A stretch of DNA of 52,046 nt, from assembly GCA_032718475.1 (NCBI GenBank), contig JAUCBJ010007922.1, positions 1-52,046 of the forward strand. The letters run 5' to 3'. The notes below the pieces were generated by a model. The model saw only the letters and a list, made by a program, of their open reading frames with translations, was not told the origin of the DNA and did not search any database. Below, one piece after another: positions 43,940 through 52,046 of the stretch. Source of the stretch: Nemertoderma westbladi (lineage: Eukaryota > Animalia > Xenacoelomorpha). Made by a program: the position numbers and the translations under genes. Within the stretch, counting starts at the first letter, position 1, and the number at the start of each line of letters is the position of its first letter.

Positions 43940-46900
43940 ATGTTTGATTTTTCCAATTTAAGTTTCCCGGTGGACAGAGTAACTGGTATTCCCCAGTTTC
44001 TGAAAGCCAACCCTATATACTGTATAAACCTTCTTTATTGGAGTAATACGGAAGAACTCTCCATTCTAAGTCAACCAGATAGCGCGCACTGTTCCGGTAA
44101 AACTGTACTAAACTTATTATTTATCGAAGCCATAAGCAAAAACCCTGCCCACTACGTAGCTATTACTAACATAGATAGACTAATAAATTCAAAAGATTCA
44201 GACGGTAACAAGACGCACTGCGAACGCTGTCTCAGAGGCTTTTACACTGACAAATCACTGGGAGAACATCGAGAGCGCTGCTATACGGGTAAACGCCAAC
44301 TCGAGTATATGCCCGAAAATCTCTTGGTTAAATTTGACAGGTACGATAAGACTCTATCCCCGCCTTTCTGTATATACGCCGACATTGAAACTATTCTAGA
44401 ACCTACAAACAATATTAAACTCCCACAGAAACATATAGCTAGCGCGGCAGCCTTTTATACAGTACCAAATCAGAAATTAATTAACCCTCCTAAAACAGAT
44501 GTTCAAATTTTCCGCGACGATGGCAGTAACCACGTAATGCGCGACTTTCTAACCGCTATGGAAAGTCATTGTAGGGAGTTATACGATTGGTCCATTTCTA
44601 GTACAAACACACGCGCCCCCATGCAACTCACTACTAGCCAACAAACTGACTTTAATAACGCTACACAATGCTACGTCTGCAACTGTAATTTAACCCCCGA
44701 TTCTCATAATTTAAACCTCAATGACAATCTCAGCACCAAAGTCCGCGATCACGATCATTATAGCGGGGAGTATCGAGGAGCTGCTTGCGTCAGCTGCAAC
44801 AGGAAACTTTCCCTAAAACGGAATAATTTTTATATTATATTTCATAACTTGAGGAAATTCGATATGCATTTACTACTAAAAGAAGGAATGACCGATAGTT
44901 CTAGAACACACTGGAAAATGACTGTAATACCAAAAAACACCGAAACTTATATTCACCTTAAAGTTAGCTTTCCAATCGATCCGAGTACCCCAACAGCCAA
45001 CGCTAAAGAAAGTATCTCCATTAATTTTCTAGATTCCTATCAGTTTATGACTGCCAGCCTAGATAATCTTAGTAGCTATCTCACTAAAAATAACAGTAAC
45101 CTAGCAACAGCCATACCCCATACACTAGCTCAAATGACCCAACTCTATCCCAACATTAGCGATAACACAATAAAAAACAAGGGCATATTCCCATATTCCT
45201 ACATTCAAAATATTTCAAACCTACACGAAACTACACTCCCCCCAATAGAAAGCTTCTATAATGATCTCAAATTGGAACAATGTAGCGCAGAAAACTATCA
45301 GCGCGCGCTTACTACTTGGGATGAATTAAACTGCCTAACAATCTTCGACTATATGATTGGCTATTTGGTTCTAGACGTTACCCTATTGGCTGATACTTTC
45401 GAGCAGTTCCGATCCCTCTGTCTTACTAATTATGGACTCGAGCCCATAATGTACTTCACTGCCCCTGGATTAACTTACGACGCGGCATTGAAATTCACGC
45501 AATCAGAAATTCAATTACTATCAAACGCTTCCATCTACTCGGACTTTGAAACAAATATTAGGGGTGGTCTAGTTTTCTTGAATACACATTCCGTAGACGC
45601 AAATATTCCCGATAAACCCGACTACGACTCCAGTCTCCCCGAGAAATATCTAATTCCCATCGATGCGAATAACCTTTACGGCTGCGCCCTGAGCCAGAAA
45701 CTTCCCTACGCTAATATTAAACTCGTAACTACCCCCATAGACCTAGCTACAGTAGACGCGAGTGGGGCCACTGGTTATTATTGCATAGTTGATCTACATT
45801 ATCCGAAAGAAATTCATGATTTGACCGCCGATCTGCCTCTAGGAGCGGAGAAGATGTCAGTCCCTAAATCCTTTCTTAGCGAATACATGGAAGATCTTTG
45901 GGAGCATTACAATCTCACCGATACGGCTACCTGTAGACCATACAACGATACCTGTACTAAGCTACTACTACATCAGTTTAATAAGGTTGAATACGGTATC
46001 CATATTAAGCTACTTCAGCTCTATTTGAAGCTCGGTCTTAAACTTACACAAGTACATAGGGTCTACTCTTTCTCACAAAAATATATTTTCAAGGACTACA
46101 TTAGTTTTAATACGAATAAAAGACAGTCGGCAAATAACCCATTCGAGATCCTATTTTATAAGTTGATGAACAATGCCTTGTATGGGAAATGCCTCCAAAA
46201 GGTTAGAGACCGCGTTTCTTTCAGGTTATGCAATAGCGACGAACAATGCGATTTGCTCTTAGCCAAGCCCAACCACGAATCGTTTGTTGTCTTTACCCCC
46301 AACTTGAGTGGACATACTTTCACTAAAGAGGCTGTTTGCCTAAATCAGGGCGTGTTCATCGGTTGCACTATACTAGATCTATCTAAGCTACAGATGTACG
46401 ACCTATTTTACAACAAACTGAAGCCTCTAGAACAAAAACTGGATTGCCAGATTCGCTGTCTAGCCGGTGACACGGATTCTCTAATGCTAAGCGTAACTAA
46501 TGCACCACAGCTAACCTTTCTACGGGCAATGTTTGAGGGTGGTTTCCTAGATACTTCCAACTACAGTACAACACATCCACTCTATACCATTAAACACAAA
46601 GCGGCTCTCGGCTTCGTAAAAGATGAGAGCTGCGGTTTGCAGTATAAACAGTGGGTTTTCCTTAAACCAAAGGTCTACAGTTTTCAATCCTATGATGCCC
46701 CAATCAAGAAAACCGCCAAAGGTGTATCTAGATCGGTTGTCGCTAAGCAACTAACACACGAGGATTATGCAGACTGTTTTGAAAACGAGGCAATGCTCTT
46801 CCGCTATAACTCTACCTTCACTTCTAGAAAGCATCAAATTTTTACTGGTCATGTCTATAAGAAGGCACTAACGCTCTGGGATACGAAATCATATTGGAGT

Positions 46901-46990
46901 AGTAAATATAGCAGCAAACCATACGGGCACTATAGCACTAAGCTTGTTAGACCGGCGAAACGAGTAGTAATCCCCCCTACTAGAATTTAA
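43940..46990 (+). CDS. polB: Protein-primed family B DNA polymerase with EndoVII-like zinc insert
   Basis: CERC..H..C finger, YADIE, CYVC...VRDHDH.SGEYRGAAC..CN, FHNLRKFD, FLDSY, DANNLYG, KLMNNALYGK, AGDTDS, AKGV. Frame open from 43865. Confidence 0.96.
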   Translation: MFDFSNLSFPVDRVTGIPQFLKANPIYCINLLYWSNTEELSILSQPDSAHCSGKTVLNLLFIEAISKNPAHYVAITNIDRLINSKDSDGNKTHCERCLRGFYTDKSLGEHRERCYTGKRQLEYMPENLLVKFDRYDKTLSPPFCIYADIETILEPTNNIKLPQKHIASAAAFYTVPNQKLINPPKTDVQIFRDDGSNHVMRDFLTAMESHCRELYDWSISSTNTRAPMQLTTSQQTDFNNATQCYVCNCNLTPDSHNLNLNDNLSTKVRDHDHYSGEYRGAACVSCNRKLSLKRNNFYIIFHNLRKFDMHLLLKEGMTDSSRTHWKMTVIPKNTETYIHLKVSFPIDPSTPTANAKESISINFLDSYQFMTASLDNLSSYLTKNNSNLATAIPHTLAQMTQLYPNISDNTIKNKGIFPYSYIQNISNLHETTLPPIESFYNDLKLEQCSAENYQRALTTWDELNCLTIFDYMIGYLVLDVTLLADTFEQFRSLCLTNYGLEPIMYFTAPGLTYDAALKFTQSEIQLLSNASIYSDFETNIRGGLVFLNTHSVDANIPDKPDYDSSLPEKYLIPIDANNLYGCALSQKLPYANIKLVTTPIDLATVDASGATGYYCIVDLHYPKEIHDLTADLPLGAEKMSVPKSFLSEYMEDLWEHYNLTDTATCRPYNDTCTKLLLHQFNKVEYGIHIKLLQLYLKLGLKLTQVHRVYSFSQKYIFKDYISFNTNKRQSANNPFEILFYKLMNNALYGKCLQKVRDRVSFRLCNSDEQCDLLLAKPNHESFVVFTPNLSGHTFTKEAVCLNQGVFIGCTILDLSKLQMYDLFYNKLKPLEQKLDCQIRCLAGDTDSLMLSVTNAPQLTFLRAMFEGGFLDTSNYSTTHPLYTIKHKAALGFVKDESCGLQYKQWVFLKPKVYSFQSYDAPIKKTAKGVSRSVVAKQLTHEDYADCFENEAMLFRYNSTFTSRKHQIFTGHVYKKALTLWDTKSYWSSKYSSKPYGHYSTKLVRPAKRVVIPPTRI

Positions 46991-47013
46991 TTTAATTTTT
47001 CTAGAATAAGAAA

Positions 47014-47520
47014 TTGAACAACAAAATAGAAATAACCAATAAACAGTTTACCGGAAAAAACATTGCCAAATTTGAACTAGATAAAATTTCACAGCAAATT
47101 ATAGGTCAAAGTAGCTTAAAACCAAACATGTTTATCTACAAAGGTGACGATTCAACTATAATGCTATTTCCCAGCGGCGCAGTAACAATTGTAGGCCTGT
47201 GCAATAATTTAGCTAGTGAATTGCTTTATTTAAAACAAACTATCGATATGCAATTACAAAATTTGAAACTTAATACCGAAACACGAACTATTATTTTTCC
47301 AAGTGTTAATTTTAAATTATTAATGAAAAAATGTGGACATCATACAATTAATAATAAAGCAATATTTATTAGCTATACCCCCGAATTATTTTGCGCGATT
47401 AGAATATATATAGGACGTGCATATTTCAGTGTATTTCATAGTAATAAAATCGTTTCCATGTGTCCTGCCGGTGAATTCCCCGGATCATTATCTATTTTAC
47501 AAACTTTATTATTAAATTAG
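47014..47520 (+). CDS. TBP-like protein (no ATG at the N-terminus; possibly spliced)
   Basis: IMLFPSGAVTIVG, SYTPELF, FSVFHSNKIV; homolog of 2198-2758. Frame opens right after TTTTCTAG at 47004. Confidence 0.72.
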   Translation: MNNKIEITNKQFTGKNIAKFELDKISQQIIGQSSLKPNMFIYKGDDSTIMLFPSGAVTIVGLCNNLASELLYLKQTIDMQLQNLKLNTETRTIIFPSVNFKLLMKKCGHHTINNKAIFISYTPELFCAIRIYIGRAYFSVFHSNKIVSMCPAGEFPGSLSILQTLLLN

Positions 47521-47559
47521 TTTATTTACTATGGTATACATGAAAGTTTACTATATTAT

Positions 47560-48620
47560 TTATTTTGTGTTGGTTTTTATTTTTCCGTGAGTAGGGTTTG
47601 AATCCGTGACCATCCGTGTTACCCACTTTTTATAATTGCATTAGTAGGACTCGAACCCTGGTTTAACTTATTTTGTGTTGGTTTTATAATGGTCGCGAGT
47701 AGGGCTTGAACCCGTGACCTTCTGTTTATTTTCCATAAAACGGGATACGAGAAGGGGTCGAACCTGCGAGCATATATTTTTCCTATTTTGTGTTTAGTTT
47801 AGTTACTCTAGTTATTCTATGTTTACTTTTTATATTTTCATGATTAGGATTCGAACCCTGGTTTATCTTATTTTGTGTTGGTTTTATAATGGTCGCGAGT
47901 AGGGATTGAACCTATGACCTCCTGTTTATTTTCCATAAAACGGGATATGAGTAGGGATTGAGCCCGTGACCTTCTGTTTTTCCTATTTTATGTTTAGTTT
48001 AGTTACTCTAGTTATTCTATGTTTACTTTATTTTGTGTTGGTTTTATATTGGTCGCGAGTAGGGATTGAACCCGTGACCATCTGTTTATCCTATTTTGTG
48101 TTTACTTTTTATATTTTTCCATAAAACGGGATACGAGAAGGGGTCGAACCTATGACCATCTGTTTATCCTATTTTGTGTTTAGTTTAGTTACTCTATGTT
48201 AAAGTGAATTTTCACATTATATTTTCATGATTAGGATTCGAACCCTGGTTTAACTTATTTTGTGTTGGATTTATAATGGTCGCGAGTAGGGATTGAACCT
48301 ATGACCTCCTGTTTATTTTCCATAAAACGGGATACGAGTAGGGATTGAGCCCGTGACCTTCTGTTTTTCCTATTTTGTGTTTAGTTTAGTTACTCTAGTT
48401 ATTCTATGTTTACTTTTTATATTTTCATGATTAGGATTCGAACCCTGGTTTAACTTATTTTGTGTTGGATTTATAATGGTCGCGAGTAGGGATTGAACCT
48501 ATGACCTCCTGTTTATTTTCCATAAAACGGGATACGAGTAGGGATTGAGCCCGTGACCTTCTGTTTTTCCTATTTTGTGTTTAGTTTAGTTACTCTATGT
48601 TAAAGTGAATTTTCACATTA
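47560..48620 (-). repeat. Array of ~15 tRNA-3'-half / Pol III B-box motifs with ~200-bp higher-order repeat
   Basis: Minus strand reads GGTTCGAATCC, GGTTCGAGTCC, GGTTCGACCCC, GGTTCAATCCC every ~50-100 bp; 48221-48420 is repeated at 48421-48600. Confidence 0.85.
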
Positions 48621-48803
48621 TATTTGTGTTAAATTATAAATTTATGTTACAATTATTATCTATAATATAAAAAACAGAAATATTCGAGTTATATTGCATA
48701 TGAGCAATAAATTACAATATACGAGCTGTTAATTTTTCTTATTCTTACTAAACAAATGTTAATCTTCAAGTCAGTCCTTATTGGATCGAACTACAGTATA
48801 ATA

Positions 48804-49430
48804 ATGAGTGGGCCTATAGATGTACGGTTTAGGTTTGGTGCCACAATGTTAATGGCTGGCCCTTCTGGCAGTGGTAAAACTACATATTTGGAGCAAATAT
48901 TACAAAATAGCAAGCAAATTTTTGACGCGCAACCATCAGAGATTATTTGGATATATGGGCAAACTAAACCGATTGTGAAAGGTGTCAATATTACTACCTT
49001 AAATGAAATTCCGGAACACTTTAATCAAAATGTAAAAAGACAGAGTGTGATTATATTCGATGATTTAATGTCTGAGCTAGAGAATTCAAAGCAAACAACA
49101 ATTTTATTTACCAAAGTCGCGCGCCATTCGCATTCTTTTGTTATTTTTTTAACGCAAAACCTATTTCAGAAAGGAGGGGAAGCACGTACTCGATCTATTA
49201 ACTCTACCTATTTTTTACTATTTAAGAATCCGCGTGATTTAACGCAGATCAGAACCTTAGCCTATCAGATGAACCCAAATAATCCAAAATTTTTAATTAG
49301 CGCTTACCACGACGTTACACAGCAAGCATTCAATCCGCTTTTAATCGACTTTCATCAACAGACTCCAGAAAATCTGCGGATAAGGGCTAATCTATTCACG
49401 ATGGAACATTGTGTTTATCAGCCTTTGTAA
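48804..49430 (+). CDS. A32/FtsK-HerA-family packaging ATPase
   Basis: GPSGSGKT, IIFDD, LTQN, RTRSINSTY, KNPRD. Start at 48804 by alignment with P1 (48756 also possible). Confidence 0.95.
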   Translation: MSGPIDVRFRFGATMLMAGPSGSGKTTYLEQILQNSKQIFDAQPSEIIWIYGQTKPIVKGVNITTLNEIPEHFNQNVKRQSVIIFDDLMSELENSKQTTILFTKVARHSHSFVIFLTQNLFQKGGEARTRSINSTYFLLFKNPRDLTQIRTLAYQMNPNNPKFLISAYHDVTQQAFNPLLIDFHQQTPENLRIRANLFTMEHCVYQPL

Positions 49431-49542
49431 TATTCGTAAAAATGTTATTGTTGCCAATTGTCTGCTATTTTATAATAGTTTATCTTTATTTGTTATACTA
49501 TACCAAAAAAATTCTTCTTGTTATGCGTATTCTAGAGCAGTT

Positions 49543-49884
49543 ATGGATCTCAATATACGAAAACATAGGAAAGAATTAACATTCCTGAGAAATAGTAGCG
49601 CGGTTGCAAGAGGCTTTTTTATACGACATAAAGCAAGCAACGAGTTGATTCGCCTTCTTGTTAATGTGACTCTAAATACTCTATTCGGAAATTTGCATAT
49701 CAATAATCGAATTTTAAAGAAATTAGCACCCTTTAAAAAGAATATGCGTAAACTGAAAGCAAAAAAATCATTAACCTTTCAACGTAAAACACTATCTCAA
49801 TTTGGCGGATTTTTGCCACTTTTATTGCCCCTGTTGCTTGGTGCCACAGAAATCGCAACAACCGTAGCTACCGCGCTTACGTGA
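49543..49884 (+). CDS. Conserved basic protein with QxGG/F site (homolog of 3618-4079)
   Basis: ELIRLLVNVTLNTLFGN; RKTLSQFGGFLPLLLPLLLG; ATG at 49543. Confidence 0.8.
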   Translation: MDLNIRKHRKELTFLRNSSAVARGFFIRHKASNELIRLLVNVTLNTLFGNLHINNRILKKLAPFKKNMRKLKAKKSLTFQRKTLSQFGGFLPLLLPLLLGATEIATTVATALT

Positions 49885-50081
49885 TGTCTTTTAAAAAATT
49901 ATATTTAGTAACACCCGAACAATATAATATAATAAAGTCAAAAACAACTCCATTTTCCCAAAAAATAAAAACAACCAAAAAAAGAACGGTCATAAAAAGT
50001 CGAAATAGGCAAACAATAAACGAAAGAAAAGGAAGGGTGTTGAGGTTATTCGATTACACCCGAAAGAGTAGATATATATAA
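49884..50081 (+). CDS. Short homolog of 4928-5389
   Basis: MSFKKLYLV; TGATG overlap with the upstream stop. Confidence 0.6.
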   Translation: MSFKKLYLVTPEQYNIIKSKTTPFSQKIKTTKKRTVIKSRNRQTINERKGRVLRLFDYTRKSRYI

Positions 50082-50296
50082 TGTCATGGATAAAAAGATT
50101 AACGGTAACCTGTAACCTTCATTGTCTATGTAATTCTAGAACAGTTAGTAATAGCTATGACGAGCAAGATTGTGGACCGCAAGTTACGCAAAATTTACTA
50201 CAGCGTTTCAAATGTTGCGGGATTTTCAAGTCAAAAAAAACTAAGTACTGCAACAAAAATCAAACCAGCTATAGTCAAAAAATGGTTGCAAGGTGA
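50081..50296 (+). CDS. Small Cys-rich ORF overlapping integrase start
   Basis: TAATG stop/start overlap; CNLHCLC; positional homolog of 5441-5623. Confidence 0.5.
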   Translation: MSWIKRLTVTCNLHCLCNSRTVSNSYDEQDCGPQVTQNLLQRFKCCGIFKSKKTKYCNKNQTSYSQKMVAR

Positions 50297-51221
50297 ATCT
50301 AATTACACTCTACATGCACCGGCGCGAAAACATTTCCCTACGAGTCGCATGTATTTTTATGGTATAAGCGACACAATTCAAGCGGATCTGATTGATATGC
50401 AACAACATCGGGAAACAAATTCTGATTATGGATATATTTTGACCGCAATAAACTGCTTTAGTAAGCGTGGATGGGCTTTACCCCTGAAACGAAAAACGGG
50501 AAAAGAAATTAAGCGTGTTCTAGAAACAATATTTAATGATGAAACACCTAGAAATTTGTGTACAGATCAAGGCTTGGAATTTGATAATAAACTGGTTTTG
50601 GATTATTTGAAACTAAAAAAGGTGAGGTACTATACAACCCGGTCTCAATTTAAGGCTGCAATCTGCGAAAGATTTAATAGAACTCTGAAAACGAAAATGT
50701 TCAAAATATTTAATCGACGCAAAAATTTTAAATGGCTTAAAATATTGCCGGAAATACTAGTAGCCTATAATAAATCGAAACATCGTTCAATTGGTATGGC
50801 ACCGTTACATGTAAATAAAACAAATGAGGATAAAGTACGTAAAAAACTATATGGAGACCTCTCTAAAATTAAAGTTTCCCCTCCAGTCTTTAAAATAGGA
50901 GACAGTGTGAGGTTAAATATTTCTAAAAATAAATTTGAGAAAGGTTATATTCAAGGTTGGACAACGGAAATTTTCACAATCGCGAGGATAAGAATGGATA
51001 GATTCCCGATCGCAATGTATCATGTAAAAGACGCCGTGGGCCGTGAGATTGAGGGAAGCTTCTACCCAGAAGAAATTCAGAGAGTTCAGCAAAAGAGCAA
51101 CATATTAGCAATCGATAACATAGTAAAATCGAGAAACAGAGGAGCCGAGCTGGAATATCTTGTTAAATTTAAAGGTTATAAGCGCGCAACCTGGATAAAA
51201 CAGTCTCAACTACGGAAATAG
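50157..51221 (+). CDS. int: rve DDE integrase with chromodomain-like C-terminus
   Basis: QADLIDM, TDQGLEF, CERFNRTLK, YNKSKHRSIGMAP, YLVKFKGY...TWI. Confidence 0.96.
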   Translation: MTSKIVDRKLRKIYYSVSNVAGFSSQKKLSTATKIKPAIVKKWLQGESNYTLHAPARKHFPTSRMYFYGISDTIQADLIDMQQHRETNSDYGYILTAINCFSKRGWALPLKRKTGKEIKRVLETIFNDETPRNLCTDQGLEFDNKLVLDYLKLKKVRYYTTRSQFKAAICERFNRTLKTKMFKIFNRRKNFKWLKILPEILVAYNKSKHRSIGMAPLHVNKTNEDKVRKKLYGDLSKIKVSPPVFKIGDSVRLNISKNKFEKGYIQGWTTEIFTIARIRMDRFPIAMYHVKDAVGREIEGSFYPEEIQRVQQKSNILAIDNIVKSRNRGAELEYLVKFKGYKRATWIKQSQLRK

Positions 51222-51224
51222 ATA

Positions 51225-52046
51225 ATGATGGATACTTATATAAGCCTATTCTGTAATGGGCCAACTGAAAAGTTTCCAGGGAATACATTGGCCAAATTTA
51301 CAAATGACTTACCATATACGTTAATTCTGAGTGAAAACATGGAAGTGGGACTGAGTGAGATACAGTATTCTAGTTCTTTCTATAATTTAGTCGAAGAATC
51401 TCAATTTATTGTTTATCGAGATATTCATCAGTCAACTATAATAAATTTCATGCCGGGTTTATATGGGAGCATAGAAGCTATAGTGGATCGAATAAATAGA
51501 GAAAATGATCACCCCTCCCTACCAGAATTAATTTATTTAAAGTGTTCAAATCAAGTGATACTAAGATTGCCGCCACGCTTTTCATTCGAAATAAGTGGTG
51601 ACCTAAAGATAATATTAGGCTTGGATCGATTGGTTAACGTGGATGAAAACAGAGAAAAGTTAGATTTATGGTATAGAAATTTTGATATTTCATTATCGCC
51701 TCTAGGGATTCTTTCGCTCAAGCAAAAACATGAAAGACGTAGAGGGTTCATAAACTTGATTTGTCCTTTTCCCTGCAATTTAACCAGAGGTAGAGAAAAT
51801 CTGTTTATTTATAGCGATATAGTTACTTATGGCATAATTGGTAATACAACCGCTCCTTTACTAAGAACCCTACCTATTACATTGGAGCAATCGCGTCATA
51901 TTACTAGAGAATTTAAGAAAATATATTATAAGAAAGTAGCGAAAACTTATATCAATCAGATACATATTGAAATACGTAATGAAAAGGGAGAATTATTATT
52001 ATTTAATGGTGGAACAACTTTAATTACCCTTCATTTACGAAGTAAA
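51225..52046 (+). CDS. Minor capsid (penton-like) protein, stop just outside window (absent from ORF track)
   Basis: MMDTYISLFCN...FPGNTLAKFTNDLP...EVGLSEIQY; FPCNLTRGRENLFIYSDIV; APLLRTL; FNGGTTLITLHLRSK. Confidence 0.88.
   Translation, partial: MMDTYISLFCNGPTEKFPGNTLAKFTNDLPYTLILSENMEVGLSEIQYSSSFYNLVEESQFIVYRDIHQSTIINFMPGLYGSIEAIVDRINRENDHPSLPELIYLKCSNQVILRLPPRFSFEISGDLKIILGLDRLVNVDENREKLDLWYRNFDISLSPLGILSLKQKHERRRGFINLICPFPCNLTRGRENLFIYSDIVTYGIIGNTTAPLLRTLPITLEQSRHITREFKKIYYKKVAKTYINQIHIEIRNEKGELLLFNGGTTLITLHLRSK

Larger units (their letters stand above)
40326..52046 (+). mobile_element. Polinton/Maverick element P2; right end outside window
   Basis: Sharp junction: gag homology stops at 40325 and the sequence begins AGTAGTAG (Polinton-type terminus). 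Encodes pPolB, TBP-like protein, ATPase, integrase, minor capsid. Confidence 0.95.

Noticed and set aside
47560-48620. Functional tRNA gene cluster or CRISPR array
   Set aside because: Only 3' halves (variable loop/T-arm) are present, with no D-arm or 5' acceptor strand. Spacers are themselves repeated, there are no cas genes, and the context is eukaryotic.
1-52046. P1 and P2 as two parts of one element, or a bacteriophage/prophage
   Set aside because: They duplicate the same genes with highly diverged sequence and different order. Spliceosomal signals, LTR elements and a C2H2 array indicate a eukaryotic genome.

Overview
AT-rich eukaryotic (probably invertebrate) genomic DNA made mostly of nested mobile elements. 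(1) 1-~13561: right ~13.5 kb of a Polinton/Maverick (adintovirus-like) element, P1. It encodes protein-primed PolB, packaging ATPase, rve integrase with chromodomain, two tandem minor capsid proteins, major capsid protein and adenain-type protease, and probably ends in ...TACTACT. (2) ~13.6-21.6 kb: host DNA with several MITEs and a 17-finger C2H2 zinc-finger ORF carrying a 27-bp coding minisatellite. (3) 21652-35089: a young non-autonomous BEL/Pao LTR retroelement. Gag and protease are kept, RT and integrase are deleted, and there is an extra Cys-rich 3' ORF. (4) 35090-40325: a sister BEL/Pao copy sitting at the end of the 3' LTR of the first, itself carrying a TA-flanked MITE. (5) 40326->52046: a second, divergent Polinton, P2, inserted into the gag of that copy and starting AGTAGTAG. 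Most striking: both Polintons carry a TATA-binding-protein (TBP)-like gene directly after PolB, followed by a repeat array. In P2 that array consists of ~15 tRNA-3'-half/Pol III B-box motifs. Both Polinton ends are rich in nested palindromes. All assignments are from motif recognition by eye; no searches were run.
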